This document shows, in pieces, positions 39,294 to 51,695 of a stretch of DNA of 64,000 bases. The notes under the pieces were generated by a model. The model was not told the origin of the DNA. It did not search any database and worked only from the letters and a program-made list of their open reading frames with translations. Numbering within the stretch: the stretch's first letter is position 1; every line of letters starts with the position of its first letter. This DNA comes from Callorhinchus milii (lineage: Eukaryota), in the NCBI RefSeq assembly GCF_018977255.1, contig NW_024704743.1:84570001-84634000 (forward strand), written 5' to 3'. The translations under genes and the position numbers were made by a program.

Positions 39294-40612
39294 TTATATA
39301 GTACCTTATCATGATGTTGAGACACTTCAAAGCGCTTCACAGAATATACTATAAAGTGAATTCTTAAAAATTGCAACAATGCCACCATTATGTTAATTCA
39401 GTGAGGCACCTGCTATAAAGGCTTTTGAAATTAGTTTTACTTTTAAAATTAGTTTTCTGCCAAAATCTGTCAGAAATCCTTGTTCTCTTTAATCAATTTT
39501 CATGAAGTCAGGGTATGTTCTGCCTCAGATTACAACACAATTTGCATTTATTTAGTTCCTGTCATGTTAAAAGGACATCTCAGAGTGCTTAAAATTGGGC
39601 TATTTAGGAATTGTTTAAGCACAATTCCTCTACTTAATAACAATAATAATCCTTGTATTTGATATAGAGCCCTATCATGTCGTTGAGACGTCTCAAAGTG
39701 CTTCATAGAATTTACTGTGAAGTGTAGTGACTGTATATTTTGTGGGCAAAATTGGTAGCCAATTGCGCACAAAGATACTTATCGCTATTGATAAGTATGA
39801 ATAGAACACTGGTTAGAAATAACTTTTTGCACCGCAGCTGGTGTTAAATGTAACTAGTCTGAACCAGGGTTGACCAGGAATTCTGTTTGTAGCAAATTCC
39901 TAGTCTAAACCATCCTGTTGAGGAGGAAATGAGCGCAGAACCTAATGGGGGTGAGACCAGTAAAGTTACCATCTTGGCGCCATACACTTAGAATAGGACT
40001 TTGTTACCATCACTAACTTTATGATCTAAGAGAATTTCTCACTCTATGTGCTTCCCTGCAGGAAGGAAGAGAGTATAACTCACCTTGAAATGCTCCTGTG
40101 TAGAAAGGCCAAGAACCAACCTGCTCCCCATTGACAAGACTGAGGAGTTATACCAGCTGCCGAAAGACCTAAAAATAAGAGGAGAAATAAAGGAGTGACA
40201 GGAAATTAAAAAAGGGCAGTATTTATTTTGCATTTTCTAGCTTGTCTTTTCAATGTTGCCTTAAACAGGTTATGAAGCCGAGGAGTCACAGAACAAACTA
40301 TATACCACATTCATAGGCAAGATCATACATCATTTATAAATTCAAAAGCAACTGGCACATTCAGCAGCTCTACCCATCAATCTGAAATGTCATCAGAAGC
40401 TTCCAGGCTGACACCAAACATAAACTTTGTAGATTTTCCAGAAATGTTCGAGTCAGATATTGGTCACATTCATTTTTTTTAAAAAAAGGAGCTACAACTT
40501 TACAAAAGTTTAGTTCATTCAGAGAACATTGCTGATCATCAAAGATTTTGTGACTTCCTATCCTCGTCTGTCTTACCTAATAATATTGAGACCTGCAAAT
40601 CTATGGCATGTA

Positions 40613-41030
40613 AGAAAGACCTTGCATTTTTATAGCAATTTATTACATTGAAATGTCTCAAAGTGCTTCATTAGGAATTTCTGAGTTAGCAGACTATTTT
40701 TGGAGGCAAACCTGGTCGGCAATTTGTGCCAGCAAAGTCTCAGTAAGAGCCGTGAGGCGAATGATCAATTCATTTGGAGGATCATTGTCCAGGAAACACT
40801 CCCTTCTCTTTTTAAATAATACCACAGGATCATTAATGTTCATCTGCACAGGGAGAAGGTCGTTGGTTTAACATCTCACCCAAAAGACTATACTGACTGA
40901 CAATTCAGCAATCCACAATACTGCACTGACCTGTCAGCCTAGACTATGATTGAAGTACCAACAATTCACTTGAACCCACAACCTACTGATCCAGAGGTGA
41001 GAGTGCTACCCAACTGAGCCTGACTAACAC
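40613..41030 (-). mobile_element. Near-complete old DeuSINE (SacSINE1-like)
   Basis: Tail AAAGACCTTGCATTT, Deu domain (GGTTTAACATCTCA...AAAGAC), and tRNA head (CTTGAACCCACAACC...GAGAGTGCTACCCAACTGAGCC) in the expected order. Confidence 0.85.
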
Positions 41031-42399
41031 CTTTATGGAACATTTTGCACAAATTATGTAATGAAACAATTCACATCATTTAAAAGTTGCAAACGAAATT
41101 AAATACATTTCCAAGTCTAAGCTACAGAGTAAAAACAACAGCACCAGAATCACACAAATCCCAATGTGTTTAATCTAGCAAGCTAGTCTCCTTTCATTCA
41201 CAATATTTGATGGTCACAAAAAAGTCTTGTTTAATAATTATTTGAATCAATGTACAGTACAATGTAATGTCATATTTAAAGTATTGAAACAATTGAATTA
41301 TGATAGTAAGCCCTTGTGTGTTAAGACTGTTCATTAAAACAAAAAATAGCTATTGATATCTTACTTGACCTCATTATGAAGTAAAATAGATGAAAGGAGA
41401 ATACTACACAGCCTAATATCCACACTCACAATGATCCCTTTCATTCCATTCCAACACAAGCTTTTTTTAAAATGTTAAACATGTGGCTTACAAATTAACA
41501 GCATTACATTATGATGTTGATTTTTTTCATTATTCGTGATATTGTCCACCAGCAGAACTCGTTGCTTTTTGCACTGATTAAAATCTCAGATCGTTTTTAT
41601 TCTTTGCCCATCTTCTTTGTTCCATCGCCCCATCATGAATCTGCCCGTATAAACATAGCTTTCTTTTTCCTTCTGCTCAAAACCTGAGGTGGAGGGAATT
41701 AGGGGAGGGTGGTGGGGTGGGGGGTAAGAGAGAGTGGGAACAGAAACATTCTGGCCTTATAGCTGGACCTGAAAGGAAATTTAATACCTACATGAAGGAG
41801 AAGGGAACAGAGGTATGTAAGACAGGGACTTGGGGGGATGGGGTGGCTCATGTGGAATATAAACACCAGCAAGGATTAGTTGAGCCACATTGCAATTCTA
41901 CGACATACAGCTTTTCATTCAAAATAGCATCTGTCTGCCAAATTTATGGCATTTCTATATGGTTAGTTTAGTCAGGATCACAGATAACTGAGGGATCCCT
42001 GTATGTTAGAATTTGCTTTGCTCCTGCCCTCCCCCACACCATTGTTTCAGGCCTGTGCTCTCCTGGTGGACATGAACAGTGAGCAGGGAAGCAATGTGCA
42101 CCAACAAGGGAGGGCAGTGCTGCTCCAGCCGACATCAACTAATCCTAACCAGCTAGCACATGAAGTAGTCTGTTTTTATTTATTATTTCAGAAAATTGCA
42201 AGGCACTTGAAAATGTTCCCACATATTCAGTGTTTAGTCCTTATTAACACTTGGCAAGCTGATTAAAGTTAGAATGTGTTTGTAAAAGACTGATCAGGAG
42301 CTGGGAGCCTTGATGTTTATTTACATCTCTTTGTTAGTCAGGGCCATTGTGCCCTGCAACCATAACCTGGTTATCTTTATATCACTATTGTGCTACACG

Positions 42400-42800
42400 T
42401 TTTTGTTTGATCAGCCGGGTGTCTGACACATGCAGAAACCTATCATCATGCTTAAGAGTATCCAAACCAAACATAGTTCTATGCATCCCATCTATACATG
42501 GAAATTCCAGAGATATTTTTTGGCATGGAATATAACTCTCTCACTGGAGTGATGTATCCTTCTTTGGCTTGGAGGGTTAACAGGAACTAATTGGGAAGAA
42601 CACTTGCCTCCCAGGGACTGGCTAGACCTTCCAAGTCCTGCTGATGAGCCAATCTGTCTGTGCTATCATCAGCAGTGGCATCAGTAATACTGGCTCAGGA
42701 ACTGGACTACCAAGATTGGGGTGGGCTTGATTCAGACAGTTTATTGCCAAATATGTCACCCTGGAGCTAGTTCAACTCCAAAGAATCCCCGCCTACCAGG
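42400..42800 (-). mobile_element. Family X, copy D (internally deleted)
   Basis: GGTGTCTGACACATGCAGAAACC ... GGTTAACAGGAACTAA ... TGGCTCAGGAACTGGACTAC ... CACCCTGGAGCTAGTTCA. Confidence 0.85.
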
Positions 42801-43334
42801 CAAAGCTCTTGAAAAATGTCTTCCTAATACTAAGACATAGTCAAGCAAAATGTCAGGATATGAAAAGCAGTACTGAATTTAACAGGCAGTTATACTCTGC
42901 AAATAATACTTTCAGGATCCTAACAGAATTAGAATTCTAATGTTTCATGGAACAACTGAAAGAAACTACAAATGCTGAAAATCAGCTAATGTTTGATGTG
43001 ACCCTTCACAAGAACTCATGTCGCATTTGATCTTTGTAACTTCCAATCAAATTTTAGGTTATTATTCATCCAGTACTTTAATAAAAAAAGATTAATCAAA
43101 GTAGCATGATCTGCTTTTGATGGCAATCTGTTCCGCATGTGTAGAGAACTAAAAAGGGAGTACATCAAAATGATTTGTCTGGTCAGGATTGTGATGACTG
43201 AAATAAAGTCAATAGCTGGGCACTATGCTCTGGCCACTGCTGGAATCACCCTCACCAATCCCTTCAGATCACCACCAAAACCAAACCGCGACTACTTTGA
43301 GTATCAAACCTTGTATTGAACATAACTCAAGATA

Positions 43335-43762
43335 TTAATAATCCTTATATTTGATAGAGCACCTTATCACATGATTGAAATGCCCTTTACAAGATTCACA
43401 TAAAGTGCAATGACTCTGTATTAGCAGGGGAATGGGGCAGCAATTTGCCCACATCAATGTACCATAAACAGCTATGAAGTGAGTTATCATTTTTATCTGA
43501 AGGAATATTGACCAAGAAGTCGGAAGAAATTTTCTTCTCTTTTAGAGTCGTGCCATGAGATCTTAAACATCTACCAGAATAGATAGACCTTTTAATGTGG
43601 TTTAATGTCTCATCTGAATGATGGCGTCTCTGACAATGCAGGGTTTGCTGTACACTGCATTGGAATGTCAGCTTAGACTTTTAATTCAAACTCTCGATGC
43701 GGGACTTGAACCAATAACCTATGACTCAGAGGCAACAGTGCTACCAACTGAGCCAGGCTTAC
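43335..43762 (-). mobile_element. Near-complete old DeuSINE (SacSINE1-like)
   Basis: Same three-part layout; GGTTTAATGTCTCATCTGAA, GGGACTTGAACC, AGTGCTACCAACTGAGCCA. Confidence 0.85.
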
Positions 43763-43829
43763 ACTCAACATTTTGGAATGAAAATCAAGATTTCCCTGAT
43801 AACCTTGTGAGTAAAGGCTTTGTTCAAGT

Positions 43830-44240
43830 CCAGTACTAAGTATTACAGACCCAAAAAGGTACATGTTCAAATCCTGGTCTGTGCTAAGGCAGCTCATCTC
43901 AGTTGGGTTGGAGGTTGAGAACCTACAATTGGCCTAAATAGACCTGAGTTAACAAGAAGAAAAATAGCTAAGATTCCTGTTTCTGAGTGCTTTGTTGATT
44001 TTTCTTGGAAAGTGGTGTGCATGTCAGATCAGGACAGGATAAGGACTATCTGTGAAAAATCACTATCAACAGTAAAACAGCCTGTAAATAGTCACCATTG
44101 AGGCTCACACATAAAAAAAGGCATTTTGGGCAAGGCAGTAGAGCAACTGGCACCCATTGAATTGAAGTCCAAAGGATCAAACTCCTTCAGCAGAGCAGGA
44201 CACAGCAGGTTACAGATGAAAATTGGGGAGGGATGAAGAA
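43830..44240 (+). mobile_element. Second unnamed old SINE-like family (family Y), most complete copy
   Basis: B-box-like GTTCAAATCC, then TGGTCTGTGCT...CTACAATTGGCCT...AGGACAGGAT...AGGCTCACACAT...CCTTCAG...AAAATTGGGGA; related pieces at about 70-280 (+), 2130-2230 (+), 21965-22165 (+), 26540-26725 (-), 50760-51400 (+, split). Confidence 0.72.
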
Positions 44241-44663
44241 AACCAAAGGGATATTTTCTTTGATTGATAGCTGAGGTCTTTAGAATTAAAATCCACCCTG
44301 ATTCATTAAAAATCCTTCATGATTCCCAAATACAGGAAAGTTGCAAATTTCCATTGACTAGGTCCATGCCCTCTGCAGTTCATAAAATTTAATTAACAAA
44401 ATCAGGAAAGTCAGTGTGAAGCACTTAACTACCTCATAGTGAGCAGCTAATGATATTATTGGTTCATATAACAAACAAAATGTGACCAAACTGGAGTTTT
44501 TTTGTGGGAAAGGCAAACACATTTCACTGAGGCTAAAGTATTTAGTATTTACTTTTGTTTTTTGCTCTATTTTGTTTCAGTTTACTAAATTAATTTAGGG
44601 GGTTATAAAGAATATGCAGTAGCAACTGTAGGGATTTTAAGAATATGCATGTCACAAAGTTTA

Positions 44664-44848
44664 TTTTTTGGTCAATGCTCTTCAGCATTGAGATAGGTCT
44701 GACACATGCGGAAACCTATCTCAATGCTTAATAGTATTCTAACAAGATAGTGTTTACATACCTACACATGGAAATTTCCCTATGTCTGCAATGGAATGTG
44801 TACTCTCTCCCTGGAGGACTGCACTATGATTACTTAATTCCAGAGAGT
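44664..44848 (-). mobile_element. Family X, copy F (3' part)
   Basis: TTTTTTGGTCA ... GTCTGACACATGCGGAAACC ... CCTACACATGGAAATTTC ... TTACTTAATTCCAGAGAG. Confidence 0.82.
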
Positions 44849-44942
44849 ATTATACTACTACGACTACTATTATACTACTAATAATAATCCTTGCATTTTG
44901 GAGTCGATTAAGGGTTTAATTAAGGGTTACAAGGAGCTACGA

Positions 44943-45260
44943 GGAGTCCTGTAGCTCAGTAGTTAGAGCACTCGACTCACAAGCAAGAGACCTGGGTTCG
45001 ATTCCCAGCAGGGCGAAACCTTGGGCAAGTTTCCTTACTCCACACTCCTGATAATAATCCCTCAAGAAAAAAAAACAATAATAAATTGGTCACTTCAATC
45101 CAAGAGTGTTTGTGGGACACTACTGTGTGCAATTGGCTGCCGCTTTTTCCCACAAATATACAGTCAATTCACTTTACAGTATATTCTGTGAAGTGCTTTG
45201 AGACGTCTAGAAGACGTGAAAAATGCTATATCAAATGTAAGGATTATTATTATTATTATT
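44943..45260 (+). mobile_element. tRNA-Ala-derived SINE, short variant
   Basis: Same structure as 10546 and 11626; B-box GGTTCGATTCC intact. Confidence 0.92.
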
Positions 45261-45289
45261 TAAAGGATTGTTGAGAGCCGAACAGGAAA

Positions 45290-45680
45290 CCAAGGTTCCA
45301 CACTGACCCAATGAGATGAAGTGTGCATCCCTGTAGATTGATGCTGTCATCACCTGAGGTAAGAAAGCACTGATGGGAGCCAAGCAGGAGAGCCTCTGTC
45401 GTGTTGACATTCAATTGGACAGAGTTAGCTCTCATCCACCAACTTGATGTCTGACTGACAATCAGTCACAACAGCAATGGTTCTGGAATCGAAGGTGGAG
45501 ACAGAGAGATAGAATTGGGTGCCATTTGTATATATGTGGAAGTTAACCCCATGCATGGGGGTGACATCACTGAATGGGAGCATGTAGATATTAAAGAGGA
45601 GAGGATCGAGTACAGAGTCCTGAGGAATGCTGCATATGATGGTGCGGGGGCAAGAAGAGAAACTGTTAGCAGACACAAAG
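45290..45680 (-). mobile_element. Degraded L2 RT fragment
   Basis: Track ORF 45425..45676: [35 protein letters not shown]. Confidence 0.88.
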
Positions 45681-47820
45681 TAAAGTATTCATGATTAAAT
45701 ACACTCATGTTCAGTAAACCTCAGAGGTACATGTAGATTTCCAGATTTATTTAACTTTCAGCATCAATTAAGTGCCGTAAATGCTGTTTATAGTCTTGCT
45801 TTTGGTATCTCGGTTGAAACAGCTAAGAAACTTGCAACTTTTAACTTTAAAACAATTGATTTCCCTGCAACCGCTGAACCTCTGACTTTCCTCCTTTCAT
45901 TGTCAGTGAGTAAACGTTACCAGCCATAATATGACAGGATTGCATTACTCCCAGTGACTTACGTTAGCTATTGAGCAAACCAAGAATTCAAATGAGTGTT
46001 TTTGTGTTTAATTCAAATGAGTTTCAATTCAAAGCCAGTAAAACAAATGCAAAATTATGTGAGCCGTTCAAGGAGATGGGCATACAGCTCCAGCAGCTCA
46101 ATCCCAGATCACCAAGTCAGAATCTGGGAAAAGGGCCTGGTAGCCCACTGGAATACAGTAGTTAGCTTATGTGAGATGGGTATTTATAGCACAGGTATTA
46201 GAAAGTAAGCCCTGCAAATATTTTCCATATATCAGTGGAATGTGTACATAAGGATAAATAGGGAAAACATTTTTCTAGTTCTCATATCGTAAGCCTCGAG
46301 GCCCAGGAACACTTTGTAGTATGTACCTCGTCTACTAAGTAACTATGCTCTCTCTGCCCTATAACACTAGGCTGGAATTTGTGGCATTTTATATTGTGTT
46401 CCTCATGATAATTGTGTTCTTTCATAAGAAAACTTTGTGTTGCATGCTATAAATAATGCACATTATATGCAATATGTTGACACAATACAGGACTTAAAAT
46501 CTTCTGTACTGTTACCAAACCAAAATGTTTCATATCATATTTCCAACAGAAACTAACAGAAAAGTTGCCTCAATACTGTCTAATATGATTATATATTGAA
46601 AAGTGTGTAAAACTTATGTTAAATTTGAGAAGCACCATTCTTACTTTAGTGTCATGTTTCAGCAGCTCACTGAAAGCTTTTAGATACAATATGTTTACAT
46701 AGTAATTGCTCTTTGTTGAACTGGCATGAAGCAGAAATGAAGAATCGAGCAGTACCAGTCATTTACTTAAGGGAGTAACGAGTCACAGAACTGGAAGGTT
46801 AAACATGCTCCAAACCACTCAGTGAGTTGCTATGATCCTGAGCTGTAGAGGGAGCAGCAAACTACACTGGTACGGTCAGCACAACAGAACAGAAATCTGA
46901 ACTAGGACACAAGAAGGTGAAATATATGCATGAGAACTGACTTGATATGATAATCATCACTGGTAATAATTATCACATCAAATCAGTTAGGGAACACTGC
47001 ATTTATCGCCCCCAATATGTTGTAGGAAATGCTCTTTCACCTGAGCTACCCACTGAAAGGATTTTAAGATGTCTGCACAGAGATGCAAGATGGCTCAGGT
47101 GACATAACAAAGATTTGATTCAAAGGTGTTGCATATGAGTCCCTTTCTATAATTTATTTAGTAAGAAACTCTCGCTAATTAAAATAAAGCGGAGATGCTA
47201 TGACATAAGCTGAATACTGGCTAATGGATAAAAATTGTTTGCATATGGGATGACTGTAACTCATTCAAGATTTAATCTCCTGTGAGATTTATCAGGCCAG
47301 GCCATTCCATCTCGCCTCAATACAGTGTCCTTCACACATTTACGAACACTGGGTGCAGTGCTCCCAACTCCTAGTAAAATCAAGTTGACACTTTTGTTTC
47401 CTGGCTGTGATATATCTCCTACATGGCAGGCCCTTATATATCTTAGTGTGATTTCCATATCAATAACAGTTTTATGTTTATTCACTATGTGTTTGGGGGG
47501 AGGAAAGATTATAAATATACCCCAATAATTATAGAGCTACACCAGCTTGAATATCTGGGAGTCAGATCCTAAAGCTTTAGTCTAACTCTTTGACCTAAAT
47601 TAAACTCCTTTGTTGGGAATTGTGCACAGGCTCGGTGATGAAGGCTCCACACTGATATTTTATTATGAGTGTTTAACATTTGAGCTGTAGTGAAAACAAG
47701 TCCACTTCAAAAGATAACTTAATTTTGCAACAGGAACATGGGATGATCAGTGAAAAGGGCTTTACTGATCCAATGTACAATATTGTAAACTGGGGGCTCA
47801 AAATTCCACCTGCTTTTAAT

Positions 47821-48012
47821 CATAATAATAATCTTTGCATTTATTATAGTGTTTTATCACGTTGTGAAACAACTCAAAGTGCCTCACAGAATTTACTGTA
47901 AAGTGACTGAATTTTGTAAGTGAACCTAGCAGCCAATTTGCAAACTATTATGAAGTAAATGACAAATTTTATCTGAGGCCAGGATACCAGGAGAAACTCC
48001 CTTCTTTTTTCG
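47821..48012 (-). mobile_element. DeuSINE-like 3' half
   Basis: ATAATAATAATCTTTGCATT...GCAGCCAATTTGC...GGCCAGGATACCAGGAGAAACTCCC. Confidence 0.72.
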
Positions 48013-48124
48013 AATATCTTTTACCTCAAATATCCATAGTCATAACAAATACTTAGTTTGCAGCATTCCAAAATACTGTGCAAATCCACACATTAAATCA
48101 TTATGTGAGAAACAGAATCCTCCT

Positions 48125-48246
48125 CCACACCCCCCCACCCCCAAATGCATACACACACACATACACACAGCCACACAGACATACATATATACACATACTC
48201 CTCCCCACCACCCCACCACCAATACACAATCACATCCACACACACA
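48125..48246. repeat. Degenerate (CA)n microsatellite
   Basis: ACACACACACATACACACAG-type array, directly visible. Confidence 0.85.
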
Positions 48247-49275
48247 GCTACAATTTAACAGCTCAAAACAGTCCATAAGCCATTATTAAACAAATGTGAT
48301 CCCAGGGGGCAAAGTCCAATTGTTGTTTGTCCTTGTCTCCTTATTCCAAGGACATTGTATTGATAACTTCTATAGCTCAGTTTGAAAAATGAATTAAAAA
48401 ACAAACATTGATAAATACAGGTCAGTTTGACCTAATGCTCCAGTACAGTAACCTTGTTAAATACATTCCATCACCAATGATCAGTATTCACTGTGTGCTG
48501 CAGCAATTCCAACTGGAATTTTTAATTACTGATCATGCAATAGTCATTTCCATTAAAATCAGTTTCTGAAGGTCCTACAATATACACAGCACTGAGGGAG
48601 GTAATGCATAATTTTGCTTTGAATTTATTTTGCAATAAATAAGCTGATTCTTTCAGCCCAAAAGAGGAAAAGAAAGTTGATTAAATACGGATAGAAAGTT
48701 TTGAGAAGGTACATTTTAATTCACAGCCACGTTGGTGTGAACATTATCAATTGATCTAGGATTTAAGTGACCGGTCTGGAATGCTTGACAAATAAAATTT
48801 CTCATGAATTATACATATTAATGATAACCATAATTAATGGGGACTGGAGTGAGTGCAGGTATTTCCATCACCTAGGGGTGAAAGTACTGCACATAAGCTA
48901 CAGGACGGTTCACTGAAGCAAGTAATGGATTGGGCTGCAATAGCAAGAAATCATTGTTCAAAATGATCATGATTATTCATATGGCATAATATAAAATAAT
49001 TAGTAGTATGATAAAGTGTTATTGATTTGTGGGATGTTTAACCCTCTGCAGACTGAACTATGCTTTTGTCATAAGCAAGAATTCAGAACTCATCATCATT
49101 GTGCTTAACAATTGAAAATTGAATTTGCTTTTACAATAGATGGGTAAAAATTTCACTTGGCTCTAGATTGACTCTATTCACTTACAATTTCAGGACATTC
49201 AGAATTCGTCAAATTCTTAAACACAGCTTTAAATTGTGAAGCCACTTTTCTGCAAGTTCTTGTAGGAATTTATTA

Positions 49276-49930
49276 TTTTCTGGTCAGCCAGGTGTCTGAC
49301 ACATGTGGAAACCCATCACCATGCTTAAGAGTATCCAAACCAAACTGAGAGTTCTATGCTTCCCACCTACACATGGAAATTTCTGAGATATTTATTGGAG
49401 TGGAATGCACTGGAGGGAGGCATCTTACTTACATAATTCTGGAGAGCAATGGGTTGGTAAGAGCCAAAGCTTCGGGACCCCAGAATGTGTGTTGGGTTAC
49501 CACTGGAATCTAATCAGCTAAAACCACATAGCTTGCCATTGATAGCATTGTCTGGCAAGCTTTGCCGCTGCTTGTCCAGCTAGGACCACCCAACTTTGGC
49601 TTGCAAAAACAACAACTGCTTGCATTTATGTAGTGCCCCTCACGCAGGATAGTGTCCCAGAGCGCTTGCAGGGTTAACAGGAGCTAAGTGGGAAGAGTCC
49701 CTGCCCCTAGTGACTAGTCTACACTTCCAAGTCCTGCCGATGAAGCAGGCTGCCTGTGCTGTCATCAGCAGTGCCCTGGAGTACTGTGGACCTGCCTGGC
49801 TCAGGAACTTGACTACCGAGACCGCTACAAAGGGTAGGCTTGCTTCTGATATTCCATCGGCAAACATGTCACCTTGGAGCCAGTTCATCTCAAAGGGGAT
49901 CCCACTTACCTACCACACCCCCAGGAGGAT
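49276..49930 (-). mobile_element. Family X, copy C, containing a short L2 tail insertion
   Basis: Reverse complement of copy B motifs (GGTCAGCCAGGTGTCTGAC ... CACCTTGGAGCCAGTTCA). Confidence 0.9.
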
Positions 49931-50759
49931 AGTCACAACTAACTATGGCTTCGCCAATTTATGTTGAAATGCTTTTAAATTTTTAAATGAAATGTACAAA
50001 AAATATTAATTTTCTTTTGTATTAGATTTTACTTAGATCTTGGTGGGCCTTGGAACGACCAGAATAGACATGTGCTTCCAGACCAGATCAAGACAATTCT
50101 GCAATTGGTCACCAACAAAACATAGAGCAAACTCCGATCGCTTGGTCTCTGCTCTGATTTACACTCTCCCACTGTGAGAAGCAATCTTTACACCATAGCA
50201 ATTTAGTTAGCAATTTTACTTGAATTAGATTAACCTAGTCATTTCATATTTTAATGCCGTTATACAAAGCTTCTGATTAAAATATGAGCAAAGCTATCAG
50301 AATAACAGTGAAGTGGATCAATGGTCAAACAAAGCTTTTTAGTATCACAAAAGTTTATGATATAAATGCAAGTGTATTCTAAAACAATTACATTATTCAG
50401 TAGGGCCAACACATGCAAGTAGGCAAGCAAACATTTATTCTGTTACTCTTATTCATGAATCAGCATAGAGATTTCAATGCTGCACACTTGATAAGAAATC
50501 TCACCGTTTAATGCTTTGTATTATCAGTGTAGTCATGCAGAAACTGCCAGATATTAAATTATTTCATGTCATTAGAGAACTAAATTGTTACTGATGTTAT
50601 GAAGTTATACATGACTGCCAAATGCAGTGTACACGTTTTATGCCAATGAGCCTTCAACATTTGAGTGTGCTATAATGGTTTGGATCACAAGCAATATGAA
50701 AGCCAACAGCTCAGCAGGTAAATTTATTGTGTAGTGTAACACAGCTCAAAATTTCCAGC

Positions 50760-51400
50760 TTTACAATTGGCCTCAGCATCCCTGGACTGGGGAGTGGGAA
50801 AAATTGGCATCTGCTCTTACTTGTGATCACTATGTTGGTGGGAATTAGAAATTTTATTATATTGATAAAACAGGAACAAGACAACACTATTCAGCCCATC
50901 GAGCCTGTTCTACCAGTTTAGTAAATTTGAGCAGTTTTATTTAATCCCAACGCCCTACCCTTTTGCCATACTCCTTAAAACGTCCACTACCCTGGTATCT
51001 GCTGTTTCTCTTATAAAATCCCTATTGTTTTCATCTCTACAGCTTTCTGGTACAGAGGACTCCATATATTCGCAACCTTCTGTGTGAAAGAAATATTTCC
51101 TGACCTCAGTTCTAATGGTCTTGTTTAAGCGCTCCGAAGCGCTATCCAGGGTGAAGGGTGCTCGCTATATAAGTGCATGTCGTTGTTGTTGTTGTTGTCT
51201 TGGTTCTGATTTTAACACAATGGGTGAGGGAAGGATCAGGTCTAACTGTTGTGTGATCTATGAGCAAATAATCCACCAACATTCACTGCCCAGGCTAATC
51301 CATGAAAAATGACGGCTAGGGTGAGATACAGGCCTCTGCTACAGCAACTGTGGGCCAGCAGCATTAGTCACCAACCTCAGGAGAAAAAGAAAGAAGAAAA
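50760..51400 (+). mobile_element. Family Y copy split by a CR1 3' end (about 50845-51115, -) and an L2 tail (about 51125-51197, +)
   Basis: TACAATTGGCCTCAG...TGATCACTAT on the left and GGTGAGGGAAGGATC...CCAGGCT...CCTCAGGAGA on the right; between them TTCAGCCCATCGAGCCTG (CR1) and GCTATATAAGTGCATGTC(GTT)n. Confidence 0.7.
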
Positions 51401-51637
51401 GTAAAGCTATTAATAAAATTTGAATGTTAGAAAATCATCATTGACTACAGCTGGCAGCCACATGCTCTGTTTATATGCACTATTTTTTCCTGATCCACTT
51501 CTGAGCGAAAATAAAAAACTCAGCCAGAGAATATTATCGATGTTATGATGCAAGACCATGATAAAAGGGTGAGTAAAATATAAAGCAATCTGTTTTTCTG
51601 AGTTATCTGAACTTTATTAATGAAGGGAACAAAATCA

Positions 51638-51695
51638 GGGGCAGTGCAGACTCGATGGGCCGAATGGCCTCCTTCTGCACTGTAAAATTCCATAA
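51638..51695 (+). mobile_element. CR1-type 3' terminus only
   Basis: GCAGACTCGATGGGCCGAATGGCCTCCTTCTGCACTGTAAAATTC; compare 12505-12540. Confidence 0.75.
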
